Shown here one piece after another: positions 27,497 through 37,766 of a stretch of DNA of 64,000 bases (its first letter is position 1; each line of letters starts with the position of its first letter). The notes below the pieces were generated by a model. It was not told the origin of the DNA, did not search any database, and was given only the letters and a program-made list of their open reading frames with translations. The position numbers and the translations under genes were made by a program. Source of the stretch: a virus; the IMG/VR virus record IMGVR_UViG_3300017960_000001, positions 1-64,000 of that record; one strand, 5' to 3'.

Positions 27497-28927
27497 ATGA
27501 CCGAGCGACGTGTAGTCTACATGGACGACAACTACCACTATCCCGAGGAACAGGATCTAACCAGCGACACCTTCACGTTGTTCGGTCTGACTATCGGGGC
27601 CGGCAACCTCGACGTTAACGGCAACCGCATCACGCAGGTGCCGGACGTGCCGTCCGACGGGCAGGACGCGGTCAATCAGAACTACGTCGACTCGGTCGCC
27701 ACCGGGTTGCAGTGGCGCGAGCCGGTGACCGTGCACAACCTGATCGGCAACGCCACCGTGGCGACGCTGAACGGGCTCGGTGCGAGCGCGGGGGCCGCCT
27801 ACGTCGTGACCGACGCCGGCACGCTGACCCGCGGGTCGGTGGCCGTCGCCGCCGGAGACTTGGTGCAGGACGACGGATCGAACTGGGTTCTCGTCGTGAC
27901 CAACTCCGGCGGGTTCGTCCCGTCCGGCACGCGGGCAACGCTGTCCACCTCCACGGCTCTGATCTCTCCGTACACCGACGGATCCGACGACGGCAAGATC
28001 GTCGACTTCGACGGGGCGAGCAACACCGGCTCGGACACGTCCGAGGCCACCGACGGATCGGCCTTCATCGTGAACGGTGACGGGGGCTACTACGAGAATA
28101 ACGGTTACGTTTTCGACGGCACCGTCCCTACCGGCACGTGGATCCAGTTCACCGGCGCCGGACAGATCAACGCCGGGGCCGGACTCACCAAGGACGGCAA
28201 CACGATCGACGTCGGCAACGGCGACGGGATCAAGGTCAACGCCGACTCCATCGAGGTCGAGTTGTCGTCCTCGAACCCCGGCCTCGAATTGGTCGGGACG
28301 TCGCCGAACAAGACGCTCCAAGCTCTCGCCGGTGGCGCGAACGGAATCGTGATCGGGGCGACCGGCATCGAGGTGGAGATCGACGACAGCCCGGACACCC
28401 TCGACGTCGACGCCGACGGCCTAAAGGTGGTCGGCCTGCCGTCGCTGTTCAAGGTGAACGACGTCGCCGTCGGCGCCACCGTCACCGCGGCGAATCTCGA
28501 CGACCTGACCGACGGGTCCAACGCCGACGCGCTGCACACGCACGCCGGGTCCGCGGCGACCGAAGCTCCGAAGGTCGAGGACACGCACACGTGCAACACG
28601 GCTGTCACCACCGGCCGCGCGGTGTGCTGGTCGTCCACCGCCGAGGAGATCGAGCACGCCGACAACGGTGCGGACCTCACCGCTCAGGCGATCGGTGTGG
28701 CGCGTGTTGGGGCCGGCGCCGGGTCCGACGCCGAGGTGGTCAAGCACGGAATCTGCGACGGGCTCTCTGGGTTGACGGTGCAGACCGCGTACTACCTCGG
28801 AGGATCGGGGCAGCTGGTCGTCGCCGGCTCGATCCCGCGACCGGGGCGCGTGGTCCGCATGGGATACGCTCCCGCTGCGACCAAGCTCGACGTGCAGATC
28901 ATGGACTTCGGTCGACGGGCTGCCTAG
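27497..28927 (+). CDS. Head/collar fibre-like structural protein
   Basis: DAVNQNYVD..GLQWREPV and WIQFTGAGQINAGAGLTKDGNTIDV fibre motifs. Confidence 0.7.
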   Translation: MTERRVVYMDDNYHYPEEQDLTSDTFTLFGLTIGAGNLDVNGNRITQVPDVPSDGQDAVNQNYVDSVATGLQWREPVTVHNLIGNATVATLNGLGASAGAAYVVTDAGTLTRGSVAVAAGDLVQDDGSNWVLVVTNSGGFVPSGTRATLSTSTALISPYTDGSDDGKIVDFDGASNTGSDTSEATDGSAFIVNGDGGYYENNGYVFDGTVPTGTWIQFTGAGQINAGAGLTKDGNTIDVGNGDGIKVNADSIEVELSSSNPGLELVGTSPNKTLQALAGGANGIVIGATGIEVEIDDSPDTLDVDADGLKVVGLPSLFKVNDVAVGATVTAANLDDLTDGSNADALHTHAGSAATEAPKVEDTHTCNTAVTTGRAVCWSSTAEEIEHADNGADLTAQAIGVARVGAGAGSDAEVVKHGICDGLSGLTVQTAYYLGGSGQLVVAGSIPRPGRVVRMGYAPAATKLDVQIMDFGRRAA

Positions 28928-28946
28928 CAGCTGAAAGGGGTTAGAC

Positions 28947-29510
28947 TTGGCACGGGATCGCGTTCGACCGCTGAAGCTCGAGGATCCCGCCACCGGCGGG
29001 ACGCAGCTCGACCCGTTCCCGTCCGAGGCTGACCCTACCGAGGACTACCTCGACACCCGCGGCGTCACGCTCCAAGAGGGCGGCTCGGACGACGAGCAGG
29101 TCTACATCGAGCGCGACGCCAGCGGGAACATGGTGTTCGAGGATCCGATCGTCGGCGCACCGTACACGCTCGCCAACCTGCTAGCCGGCGCTGGCGGCCT
29201 GACCGAGAACGCGCACAAGGTGCTGCGCCAGCTGATTCACTTCATCGACGACGGCCCGGCCGAGGGGTTCACTACCGGCGCGTTCCGTGAAACGTCGGGC
29301 GGGATCTTCCCGACAGCGATCATCTGGTACGAGGACGCGACCAAGGCGAAAAAGATAGTGGAGCGTTCGCTGACGTGGACCGGGATCCTCGTCACGACTG
29401 ACGAGTGGAAGGTCTACGACACCGACGGCTCGACGGTGCTTGCGACGGTGACGGATACGATTTCTTACACCGGGATTTTCGAAACGAGCAGAACGAGGGC
29501 GATCGCATGA
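28947..29510 (+). CDS. Hypothetical structural protein
   Basis: TTG start; beta-rich; operon packing. Confidence 0.6.
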   Translation: MARDRVRPLKLEDPATGGTQLDPFPSEADPTEDYLDTRGVTLQEGGSDDEQVYIERDASGNMVFEDPIVGAPYTLANLLAGAGGLTENAHKVLRQLIHFIDDGPAEGFTTGAFRETSGGIFPTAIIWYEDATKAKKIVERSLTWTGILVTTDEWKVYDTDGSTVLATVTDTISYTGIFETSRTRAIA

Positions 29511-30211
29511 CACTGTCACCGGCTGCTATTCTGTACGATGCCGACGGCCACGCGGTCGGGGTGGTGCAGGACGACACGCTCTACCGCCTTCAAGCTGACG
29601 CCAAGATCGCGGTAAAACAGACGTCCGGCGATCTGGCCCACCTGACCGTCCTCGACGATACGGGGGCGGCGAAAACTACGATCTACACCGCGGCCGGAGA
29701 CTTGGTTAATTTTCCGGTTGCCCCCGGCGATGCGAGCGGGCTCGTTAGAGAGTTCTTGCGTCAGTCCGGGTCCGTGCCGGACACGGCTGATCTGAGGGTG
29801 GACGGAAGCTCCTCACCGGTCGATTTCGTGCTGGCAGCTGACCCCGCGGACGACATCGTGATCAACGAAATTTCTGTGGTGATGGTCGCCAACTCAATCA
29901 CGTCGGGGGCAGAGAAATTCGCGGGGTTGTCCGCCCTGACCAACGGGTTGAACGTGTATTTCTACGACGGGTCAAGTGAGGTGTTCCTCGGCGGACTACA
30001 CCAGAATGAGGATTTCATGCACTTCTCCTCGCCCGGTGGCTATGGGTTCTGGGCACTTAGCAAGGATCAGGTGCTCGCTTCGCAGTACGTGAACGGGGCG
30101 GTCGTGCTCGCCGGTGGGACGTCGGAGGAATTGCGGTTACGGGTCGCCGATGATCTGGGCAGCGGGATCGACTATCTTAAGTGCAGGATCAAGGCAGTGA
30201 AGCGAGGATAA
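29507..30211 (+). CDS. Hypothetical structural protein
   Basis: ATGA overlap. Confidence 0.65.
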   Translation: MTLSPAAILYDADGHAVGVVQDDTLYRLQADAKIAVKQTSGDLAHLTVLDDTGAAKTTIYTAAGDLVNFPVAPGDASGLVREFLRQSGSVPDTADLRVDGSSSPVDFVLAADPADDIVINEISVVMVANSITSGAEKFAGLSALTNGLNVYFYDGSSEVFLGGLHQNEDFMHFSSPGGYGFWALSKDQVLASQYVNGAVVLAGGTSEELRLRVADDLGSGIDYLKCRIKAVKRG

Positions 30212-30212
30212 A

Positions 30213-31313
30213 ATGCCAACACGTGTAGAGGGGAACATCGATCTTGCCGTTGCGATTTCCACCGGTCGCGTCACAATGGCGGGGTTGCTAACGGTCGACG
30301 TCGGCGGGTTCGGCTACAACCTCGGCGGTGTCTATAAGGAATTCGTTGGCGCCGCCGGTCAGGCCGTGACGCCGTCCGAGGTCAACTACGTTTACGTCGA
30401 CGACGCTAACGAGCTGCAAGCCAATACGACCGGCTACCCTGCGGGAGAGCACATCCGGCTCGCTCGAGTGGTGGCTGACGCGAGCGTCATCACCGCGATC
30501 GTCGACGACCGCGCGTTCTTGAGTTGCACCGCCGAGGACGGTTCGGCCGACATCTACAAGCTCGACCCGTACCAAGTGACCGACGACTACGCGCCGACCT
30601 ACGCTCAGCTGATGTCGAACGGCCCGGTGATCATCGTCGACTCGACGGCGGGCGACGTGACCGTGACGCTCCCCGCGGCGGACACGGCGCCGGCCGATAG
30701 CAAGATTCACCGAGCCTGGGTCCACCACCTCGGGGGTGGGAACTTGTGTCAGGTCGAGGTCGCCGGTTCAGAAAACTTCTTCGACGGGCTGGTGGAGCTT
30801 CATCTGCCGGTCGGCAAAACGGCGCAGCTTGGCGTGATGAACATGGGGGACGACGCGCCGGGGTGGCTGAGAATCAGCGACATCGATACGGTGTGCGCGG
30901 CGCGCCGTCAGGCGACGTGGGCCGCGGCTAACTTTTCGTCGTGGACCTCGATCCCGTTCGACCAACAGACGGCTGAGGACAACCCGCACGTAATCGAGTG
31001 GGCGCCGGGACAACCGACCCGGATCACGGCGAAGCTCACCGCACGATACTGGGTTCAATACGTGTGTTCACTGGACAGCACCGGAGGCGGCGGGGCGTGG
31101 TCGATTCTATCCCGAATCCTGCTCAACGGATCCGACATCCCGCAACCCGGCAAGCTGAGGAGCGGAAACTACTCGAACGAGGACGCTAGCATCTCGCACC
31201 CCGGGTTCCCGTTGGACCTCAACGCCGGCGATTACATCGAGCTTCAGCTAAACCACAACGGGCTCGTCGGCAACATGAACAGCGCGCTTTTGTCGGTGCG
31301 GATCGAGGTGTAG
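30213..31313 (+). CDS. Fibre-like protein with C1q/TNF-like C-terminal beta-sandwich
   Basis: VDSTAGDVTVTLPAA shaft motif; C-terminal IPFD..RITA..Y.V..LDLNAGDYIEL. Confidence 0.65.
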   Translation: MPTRVEGNIDLAVAISTGRVTMAGLLTVDVGGFGYNLGGVYKEFVGAAGQAVTPSEVNYVYVDDANELQANTTGYPAGEHIRLARVVADASVITAIVDDRAFLSCTAEDGSADIYKLDPYQVTDDYAPTYAQLMSNGPVIIVDSTAGDVTVTLPAADTAPADSKIHRAWVHHLGGGNLCQVEVAGSENFFDGLVELHLPVGKTAQLGVMNMGDDAPGWLRISDIDTVCAARRQATWAAANFSSWTSIPFDQQTAEDNPHVIEWAPGQPTRITAKLTARYWVQYVCSLDSTGGGGAWSILSRILLNGSDIPQPGKLRSGNYSNEDASISHPGFPLDLNAGDYIELQLNHNGLVGNMNSALLSVRIEV

Positions 31314-31314
31314 C

Positions 31315-31794
31315 ATGGCGGAATATCTGAAGGAAAACCTGAGCGGCGAACTGGACCTCGCCAAGTTCGAGCACGACATCGCCGCGGCAGGGTTCGGCGC
31401 GACCATGACCGACCATAGCTACGACCCCGTCGAGCACTGGATCAGGACGTCGTGGTCAGGCGACCTCACCGCCGGAGAGCAGACGCAGCTTGACGGGTTG
31501 ATCGACGGGGCGATCGACCTGCCGGTCAAGTTCGAGCGGGACGCCGGTTCGGAATACTTCGAGCTAACGATCCGGCAGGGGCGGCGATGGCATCGGCATC
31601 GCCAGCGGGTCCGGTTTCACTCGCCGTTCAGCGGTGTGCCGACGGTAGCAATCGGCGCGCATTCCTTCGACGGCGCCGCCGACCTCTCGATCCGGGCAAT
31701 TACGCCGACGTCGTTCGATTTCGTAATCCAAGCCCGCGGCCGCAACGGCGGTTTGTCCGTGGTATCCTTCGATTGGGAGGCAACATATGTCTAA
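31315..31794 (+). CDS. Hypothetical protein, H-type-lectin-like C-terminus
   Basis: VRFHSPFSGVPTV...ITPTSF...FDWEA. Confidence 0.5.
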   Translation: MAEYLKENLSGELDLAKFEHDIAAAGFGATMTDHSYDPVEHWIRTSWSGDLTAGEQTQLDGLIDGAIDLPVKFERDAGSEYFELTIRQGRRWHRHRQRVRFHSPFSGVPTVAIGAHSFDGAADLSIRAITPTSFDFVIQARGRNGGLSVVSFDWEATYV

Positions 31795-32332
31795 GCAACT
31801 CAGCGATCTGCCGGCCGAGGCCGACAGCTGGGAATCGATCCCGACGCACGAATTCACCGACCCGGACACGTGGCAACGCAAGCCGGAGGGGGGCTGGGTC
31901 GATCCGCCGAACGACTACGATAGCACGTTCGAGCTTGAGCCTCCCGAGGGGAAAGCCTACGCGATCCATTCGGTGCGGATCAGGTACAGCGCGCACGCAA
32001 AACTCCACGCCGCGTTGATCGTGGAGTATTGGGCCGGCGAGTTGAAGGTGGGCGAGACGGTCTACGCAAGCAAGGCTGACTTCATCGACCGGTGTCCCGA
32101 TTTCGAGGTGCTCGACGTCACCGGCAACGGCGACTACACCTCGCCGATCTGGGCGCACTCCTACGAGTTCCAAGAGCCCCTCGTCCTGTGGTCGACGCCG
32201 GGCCCCGGCCGGCTCACCAAGATGGTGCTTAAGATCGAGGACCACCAACCCTTCAAGCAGGAAGGCGGGGCCGACGCCGAGGCGGTCAAGGTCCGCTACC
32301 CGGACATCGCGGTTTATACGGAGCCGAGCTAG
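31787..32332 (+). CDS. Hypothetical protein
   Basis: GGAGG SD, operon packing. Confidence 0.65.
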   Translation: MSKQLSDLPAEADSWESIPTHEFTDPDTWQRKPEGGWVDPPNDYDSTFELEPPEGKAYAIHSVRIRYSAHAKLHAALIVEYWAGELKVGETVYASKADFIDRCPDFEVLDVTGNGDYTSPIWAHSYEFQEPLVLWSTPGPGRLTKMVLKIEDHQPFKQEGGADAEAVKVRYPDIAVYTEPS

Positions 32333-32865
32333 TGATCGACGATCCGAAAGTCCTGATCTGCCTGTCCGCCTCCGATGCGTGGTACGGGCGGATCATCCGG
32401 TGGGCCTCGCGGTCGAGGGTCAATCACACCTTCTTGCTCTACCGGTCCGACGTGTGGGGTTGGTTCGCTGTCGAGATCAACGAGAACGGCGTGCAATTGA
32501 TCCCGCCCTCCCGGCTGACCCGGGTCGATTACCTCGAGTGTTGGAGGTGCGACGAGGACCTCCTCCACGGGCTCGCTGGCATGCGCCGATGGATTGGGGC
32601 GGGCTACGATTGGCGGGGACTCTTGAGCGGTCTGGTGCGTCTGGTGGTGCGTCGACTGTTCGGCATGTCGATCGACGGCGCGTCACACTCTGCCAAGCGG
32701 CTGTTCTGCTCTGAGGCAGCTGCGGTGGTCCTCCGTAACGCCGCGGCGCCGGGGTCCGATAGCATCGACCCGCCGAACACTTCACCCGGCGACCTACGCC
32801 GGCTGTTCCGGGCGCACCCGGCCTACCACAAGGTCAGCTGCCCGGTCACCCGATACGGGGGCTGA
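32332..32865 (+). CDS. Permuted papain-like (YiiX/YaeF, NlpC/P60) enzyme
   Basis: SRVNH...GAGYDW...RLFCSE...SPGDL: His before Cys, the permuted order. Confidence 0.8.
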   Translation: MIDDPKVLICLSASDAWYGRIIRWASRSRVNHTFLLYRSDVWGWFAVEINENGVQLIPPSRLTRVDYLECWRCDEDLLHGLAGMRRWIGAGYDWRGLLSGLVRLVVRRLFGMSIDGASHSAKRLFCSEAAAVVLRNAAAPGSDSIDPPNTSPGDLRRLFRAHPAYHKVSCPVTRYGG

Positions 32866-32868
32866 GTC

Positions 32869-33471
32869 GTGAGCCTGAGCGTCGCATACGGGGCCGGGGT
32901 CGTCGACCAATTCCCGGCCTACGAAACCGACGGATACACCAAGCGGTCGGGGCTGACAGTCGGTGGCGGCGACCTCTCCGTGACGGTGTGGCACGACGGC
33001 GTCGAGCAATCCGGGTACCCGGTGACGATCACCGAGGACGGGACGTCAGGCGAGTACGCGGTGACCTACACCCCGAGCGACGTGGGGCTTTGGTTGGTCG
33101 AGGTTCTGATCGATTTCAGCAAGGACGTGTGGGCCGGTGAGCACGTCGTCCGCCGGACCTTCACCAAGGTCGACGCCTCGCTCTCTGACAACGCCACGAA
33201 CTGTCGGTTCGCGGTCTGGTTCGAGGACGAGGGCCAACCGCGGACCGACCTCGATCAGGTGGCGGCGAAAGTCTACGAACCGGACGGCACCGAGAAGAAG
33301 GACCTCGGGATCAAGCTCGCCGCGGCGATGTCGCCGCAGGGTGTGTTCGAGTTCGTCGAGCCTAGCGGGGACTTCGATCCACACGTGCCCTATATGCTCG
33401 AGGTGGTGGCGACCAAGGGATCTTTCACGTGGACCTCGCAAACCGGATTCGTGAAGGTGCCCGATGCTTAA
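32869..33471 (+). CDS. Ig-like structural protein
   Basis: GEYAVTYTPSDVGLWLVEV filamin/Ig-like pattern. Confidence 0.55.
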   Translation: MSLSVAYGAGVVDQFPAYETDGYTKRSGLTVGGGDLSVTVWHDGVEQSGYPVTITEDGTSGEYAVTYTPSDVGLWLVEVLIDFSKDVWAGEHVVRRTFTKVDASLSDNATNCRFAVWFEDEGQPRTDLDQVAAKVYEPDGTEKKDLGIKLAAAMSPQGVFEFVEPSGDFDPHVPYMLEVVATKGSFTWTSQTGFVKVPDA

Positions 33472-33946
33472 CGCCCGCCGGCTCAGAGTGATCGGTGGCG
33501 GGCTGGCGAACCGGGTCCGGGCGGTCACGTTCTGGCGTGTGCCGCTCGGCTTCGGCGCGCAACTGGAAGGACTGCCCCCGGTGATGACCCGGGTCCGCGA
33601 CTTGATCCCGGCGGTACGGCATGCAATCGAGCCGAGGCCGCGGGTTCAGAGGTTGCGGGCGGACCTCGCGGCGGCGATGAGAGCTGCGTCCTGTCCTGCG
33701 CCGCAGCTGGCCTCTGCTTCTGCCCGGCTACGCCCGGCGGTGGTGTCGGTCGGATCGGCGGTGGTCCGTATGCAGTCCGCGTCGGCGCCCGCTGAACCCG
33801 AGCCCACGTCCGCGAAGCAGCTGCGCCCCAAAGCTTCGAGCGCAGCTGTGGTAGGATCGGTCGAGATGCAGAGCGGCAAGGCGCCGCGACCGAAGGCGCC
33901 GCGGCGGCCGGTGCCCCTGCGGCCCCGCATGACAAAGGTGAGGTGA
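33464..33946 (+). CDS. Basic low-complexity hypothetical protein
   Basis: Fills the gap in the operon. Confidence 0.5.
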   Translation: MLNARRLRVIGGGLANRVRAVTFWRVPLGFGAQLEGLPPVMTRVRDLIPAVRHAIEPRPRVQRLRADLAAAMRAASCPAPQLASASARLRPAVVSVGSAVVRMQSASAPAEPEPTSAKQLRPKASSAAVVGSVEMQSGKAPRPKAPRRPVPLRPRMTKVR

Positions 33947-33950
33947 CCCG

Positions 33951-35246
33951 ATGGCGACCGTAATCAAGCTCCGGTGGGAAGTCCCAGAGCTAGAAAACAT
34001 GCTGACTCTCTACAACACGCAGAAGGTGTACCGGTCCACCACCGGGCCCGGCGGGGCGTGGACGGAGATCACGACGCCGGCGACGCGGATCCCTCTCGTC
34101 GAGGGGCAGGAGAGCTACCTATACGACGACACCGCGGGCGACCTGACCTATTGGTACTGCGTTGCGTTGTTCAACACCGACACCCTCGCCGAAGGGGAGA
34201 AGGCAGAGCCGATCCAAGGCGAGGCGGTGGTGACCCCGCTCAGGCTGGCGTGGGAGGTCGAGAACCTCACCACGATCTACGACGCCGGGTACACCGAACA
34301 ACGCATCGAGCGCAGCACCGACAACGGCACAAGCTGGACGGAGATCAGCCGGTCGACCACGCGGATCCCGTTGGTGACCGAGGTCGAGCGGTACGTGTAC
34401 GCTGACCCCCGCGGACATCGCTCGTACCTGTACCGGGTCCAGTTCTACGACGCCGACGGGAACGACAACGGCTCGCCGCAGACCATCGCAGAGATCGACC
34501 TCGACGGCTACTGCTCTCTCGGTGAGATCCGGGCCGAGGGGTTGACGCCGGACGACGCGGACAGCGACGCAGTCGAGCGCGCGATCACCGCGGCGAACGC
34601 CTATATCGATCGGTACACTCGCAGGTACTTCACGCCGCGGTTCGCTCGGAAACGGTTCGACGGTGTCGGCCGGGGCGACATGCTGCTCCTCGGCGACGTG
34701 CCCCTCATCGCTCTGATCGGAGTGTACGTCGACGGAACCGAGGTCCCGCGGACTTCGCTGGTGGTCTACAACCGCCACCTTCGCGCCGAGCAGATCGACG
34801 ACCGGGCGTCACCGAAGATCATGATTTCGGACGACATCCTCTATGACGACGAAGGAGAGCGGCGGGTCACGTGGAGCTACTTCGAAAAGGGGACACAGAA
34901 TATCGAGGTGGTGGGGATCTGGGGCTACACCGAGCTACCGCCGGGCGCCGTCGCCGGCGACACCGACACCGACTCGCAGACCCCGATCGAGTACGGTGAG
35001 ACGCCGGACCTGATCCGGTGGGCCGCTCGCAAGTTGGTGGTCGACCGTGCGGCCGGCATGGCGTCCGCCGAGGCAGAGGAGGCGGTGGCGTCGTCCCGGT
35101 TGAAACGGCTCAAGACCAGGGACCAAGAGGTCGAGTATTTCGAGTCGGGATCGGCCACCGCGGCGGGCGGGTCGTTCGCTATCGATCCCGCTGTCCATGA
35201 GGTACTCGAAGGGTTCCGGCTGACGTTCGGAGTGGAGGCGATCTAA
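33951..35246 (+). CDS. Head-tail adaptor with two N-terminal FN3-like repeats
   Basis: C-terminal YCSLGEIRAEG..AITAANAYIDRYT..NIEVVGIWGY..PDLIRWAA; duplicated WEV..RST..WTEI..TRIPLV..Y.Y.D. Confidence 0.75.
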   Translation: MATVIKLRWEVPELENMLTLYNTQKVYRSTTGPGGAWTEITTPATRIPLVEGQESYLYDDTAGDLTYWYCVALFNTDTLAEGEKAEPIQGEAVVTPLRLAWEVENLTTIYDAGYTEQRIERSTDNGTSWTEISRSTTRIPLVTEVERYVYADPRGHRSYLYRVQFYDADGNDNGSPQTIAEIDLDGYCSLGEIRAEGLTPDDADSDAVERAITAANAYIDRYTRRYFTPRFARKRFDGVGRGDMLLLGDVPLIALIGVYVDGTEVPRTSLVVYNRHLRAEQIDDRASPKIMISDDILYDDEGERRVTWSYFEKGTQNIEVVGIWGYTELPPGAVAGDTDTDSQTPIEYGETPDLIRWAARKLVVDRAAGMASAEAEEAVASSRLKRLKTRDQEVEYFESGSATAAGGSFAIDPAVHEVLEGFRLTFGVEAI

Positions 35247-36046
35247 TGGTGGCATCCTGGCTGATCGAGCGGTTCACGGTCGAGATCCGGCGCCTCGCGT
35301 CGTCCCTCTCCGCGGCGGCGTCGGTCGCGTCGGACGCCACCGCACCCTTCGACTTCTCCGGGGGCGACGTCGACCTCGAGCTTGAGGTGGACGGCGGGGC
35401 TCAGACTGTCACGATCGCGGTCGCCGGCATGGCCGCCCCGTCGAACGCCACCGCCGACGAGGTTGCAGCTGCGATCATCGCCGGGGGGCTGACCGGGGGC
35501 ACCGCCTACGTCACCGAGTCCGGGGCGGTGATCGTTAGCACCAACACGGTGGAGGGGGGCAGCATAGAGATCACCGGCGGGGCGGCGAACGCGATCCTAG
35601 ACTTCCCTGAGACGCTCGCAGAGGACCCCTACGACGACGTTTTCGGAGGGTTGCGGCGGGTACCCGGCAACACGCAGGAAGGGCAAAGCGCGAGGCGTGA
35701 GCACCCGCTGGTGACCCTCCCCTGCCAGGTTGACCGGGGGAACTGGGGCCAGATCAGTTTGAACGCCGCCGGCGGGCAGACTGTCGTCGAGCTTGTGCTG
35801 ACGTTGGACCGGCGCAACGTGGTCGCCGCGGGGCTGGTCAGGGGGGACGGAACGCCGATGCTGAAACGCGGCGATCGGATCGTTCGGATCCGCAACCGCG
35901 AGGGCGAAATCGAGGAGGAGTTCTCGGTCGACGATCCGGTGTTCGTCGAACGGGTCGAGCGGTCGGGCCACGGGCTCAGCCTCCGGCGGCCGAGGTTCAA
36001 CCTGTTCTACCTGCACTGCGCCCGACCGGACAAGGGGCCGGCGTGA
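35246..36046 (+). CDS. Head-closure (stopper)-like protein with inserted domain
   Basis: Synteny; YDDVF..VTLPCQV..LKRGDRIVRI. Confidence 0.6.
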   Translation: MVASWLIERFTVEIRRLASSLSAAASVASDATAPFDFSGGDVDLELEVDGGAQTVTIAVAGMAAPSNATADEVAAAIIAGGLTGGTAYVTESGAVIVSTNTVEGGSIEITGGAANAILDFPETLAEDPYDDVFGGLRRVPGNTQEGQSARREHPLVTLPCQVDRGNWGQISLNAAGGQTVVELVLTLDRRNVVAAGLVRGDGTPMLKRGDRIVRIRNREGEIEEEFSVDDPVFVERVERSGHGLSLRRPRFNLFYLHCARPDKGPA

Positions 36047-36687
36047 CGCAGATCATGATCAGGCCGCGCGGTCTACTGGCCGGCGCGATGGCTCTCCAAC
36101 GATGGAAGCTGAAGGTAAAGAACGGCGTCCGGCGGGCGGTCGAACGTGAAGCCAATTTGTGCAGACGAACCATGGTTGAGGGGTTGAAGATGCAAGCCCC
36201 GGGCGGGAACCAGATCCGCCCGTTGTCCGCTATGACGATGCAGCTGCGCCGGCTCGGCAAGGGGGGCGACTCCGGCAAGCGGCGCGGGCGGTTGGGGACC
36301 GGATCCTCCAAGGCCCTGATCGATTCCGGGGACCTGCTCGCTTCGATCAACGTACAGGACGCAGGTCAGGACGGCATGGCGTACACCGTCGGAGTCCACC
36401 GCGGCACGCGGGGCAACCGCGGCGGAAAGGACATGGTCGACCTCGCTCGGGTCCATGAGTACGGGACCGGAAAGTACACCGTCCGCGTCACTCGAAAAAT
36501 GCACAAGTTCTCGAAATTCTTGGTGCACATGGGGATCCTCAGAGTGCCGTGGCGCGAGGGGCAGATCCTGCGCCGCGAGGTCCCGGCGCGTCCGTTCCTG
36601 CGACCGGGCTATGAGTTGTGGCGCGAGGAGGCGGACGAACGCTTCGACCGAGAGATCCAGCGGGTGCTATCGACGGGAGGCTTCTAG
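36043..36687 (+). CDS. Neck/tail completion protein (Mu gpG / HK97 gp10-like)
   Basis: LIDSGDLLASI, ARVHEYGT, VPARPFLRP. Confidence 0.8.
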   Translation: MTQIMIRPRGLLAGAMALQRWKLKVKNGVRRAVEREANLCRRTMVEGLKMQAPGGNQIRPLSAMTMQLRRLGKGGDSGKRRGRLGTGSSKALIDSGDLLASINVQDAGQDGMAYTVGVHRGTRGNRGGKDMVDLARVHEYGTGKYTVRVTRKMHKFSKFLVHMGILRVPWREGQILRREVPARPFLRPGYELWREEADERFDREIQRVLSTGGF

Positions 36688-36688
36688 C

Positions 36689-37687
36689 ATGGCGACACCG
36701 ACAGTGAGCAGCGCCACGCCGGACGGCGGGCTGACCCGCGGCGGCGAAGTGATTGAGATCGCGGGCACGAACTTCCGCACGGTGCCGACCCCGCCGGACG
36801 GATACCTCGGCGGCGAGGAGCAGCAAACGGTGGCGGTCTACTTCGGGGACGACCGGGCGCCGTTCGCCGCCACCGTCACCGACTCTCTGATCCACGCGAA
36901 AGCTCCGACCTACACCGGCGACTACCAGACTAAGCAGACGGTGGACGGCGAGCAGAAAGTGGTCGACGCGCTCCCGGCCGCGGTCGATCTGCGGGTGGTG
37001 AACCTCGACGACAACGGCGATCCGATCGTGGGCGAGGAGGCGACGCTCGCCGGCGGGTACGAGTTCCGCCGGGTGGATCTCCAACAGACGGGCCAAGCCG
37101 AGCAGGTAATCCGCGAGTTTATCGAGATGCTCCGGCGCCATATCCACCGAAATACTTGGTGGACCATGCACCGGGATTATGACTCGACCCCGGAGGACTT
37201 GCTCGAATACCTGCAAGCGAAGGGGCTGCCGTTGGTGCGGTTGCAGGGGCCGACGTGGGAGGAGGACCGCGACCGGTGGATCCAAGAGGCCACCCCGGAG
37301 GACCACCCCACCGAGGCTGACCAGTACATCCGAAACCAGCGCGAGCGGTGCGTGATTTTCGAGTTCGTGCTGGACGTGTGGTCGAACGCCGAACACCCGG
37401 CCGAGCTACTGAACCTCTCGACGGCGGTTGTGCAGATGTTCCACGATCTGCCGTGGGTCACGCTCGAGGTGAACGGAGAGCCCTGGCAATGGGAGCTTGA
37501 TATGCCCCCCGACGGACACCCCGTTTTCGACATCGGGCCGAACCTCGACGGGCTCACGAACTTCAGGTGCACGGCGATGATCAAGGGGATCGACATCTCC
37601 GGCGCGGAGCTTGCTATCATCGAGCGCGGGTGGACGGTGTCCGATCCTGATTCACCAAAGGTCGAGGACGAGGGGCTATCGCTATAG
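36689..37687 (+). CDS. IPT/TIG-domain tail terminator-like protein
   Basis: PTVSSATPDGG..GGEVIEIAGTNF IPT/TIG start; lies directly before the sheath gene. Confidence 0.6.
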   Translation: MATPTVSSATPDGGLTRGGEVIEIAGTNFRTVPTPPDGYLGGEEQQTVAVYFGDDRAPFAATVTDSLIHAKAPTYTGDYQTKQTVDGEQKVVDALPAAVDLRVVNLDDNGDPIVGEEATLAGGYEFRRVDLQQTGQAEQVIREFIEMLRRHIHRNTWWTMHRDYDSTPEDLLEYLQAKGLPLVRLQGPTWEEDRDRWIQEATPEDHPTEADQYIRNQRERCVIFEFVLDVWSNAEHPAELLNLSTAVVQMFHDLPWVTLEVNGEPWQWELDMPPDGHPVFDIGPNLDGLTNFRCTAMIKGIDISGAELAIIERGWTVSDPDSPKVEDEGLSL

Positions 37688-37766
37688 AGATCAAAGACTA
37701 GACGCGGGGGCTTGGTTCCTGCTAGGGTCGAAGAAAGCGGCCCCCTGACGGGCAACGGAGGAGAGC

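Noticed and set aside
37698-37727. Possible promoter TAGACG-18-TAGGGT before the sheath gene
   Set aside because: Weak match and no second copy found to define a late-promoter consensus
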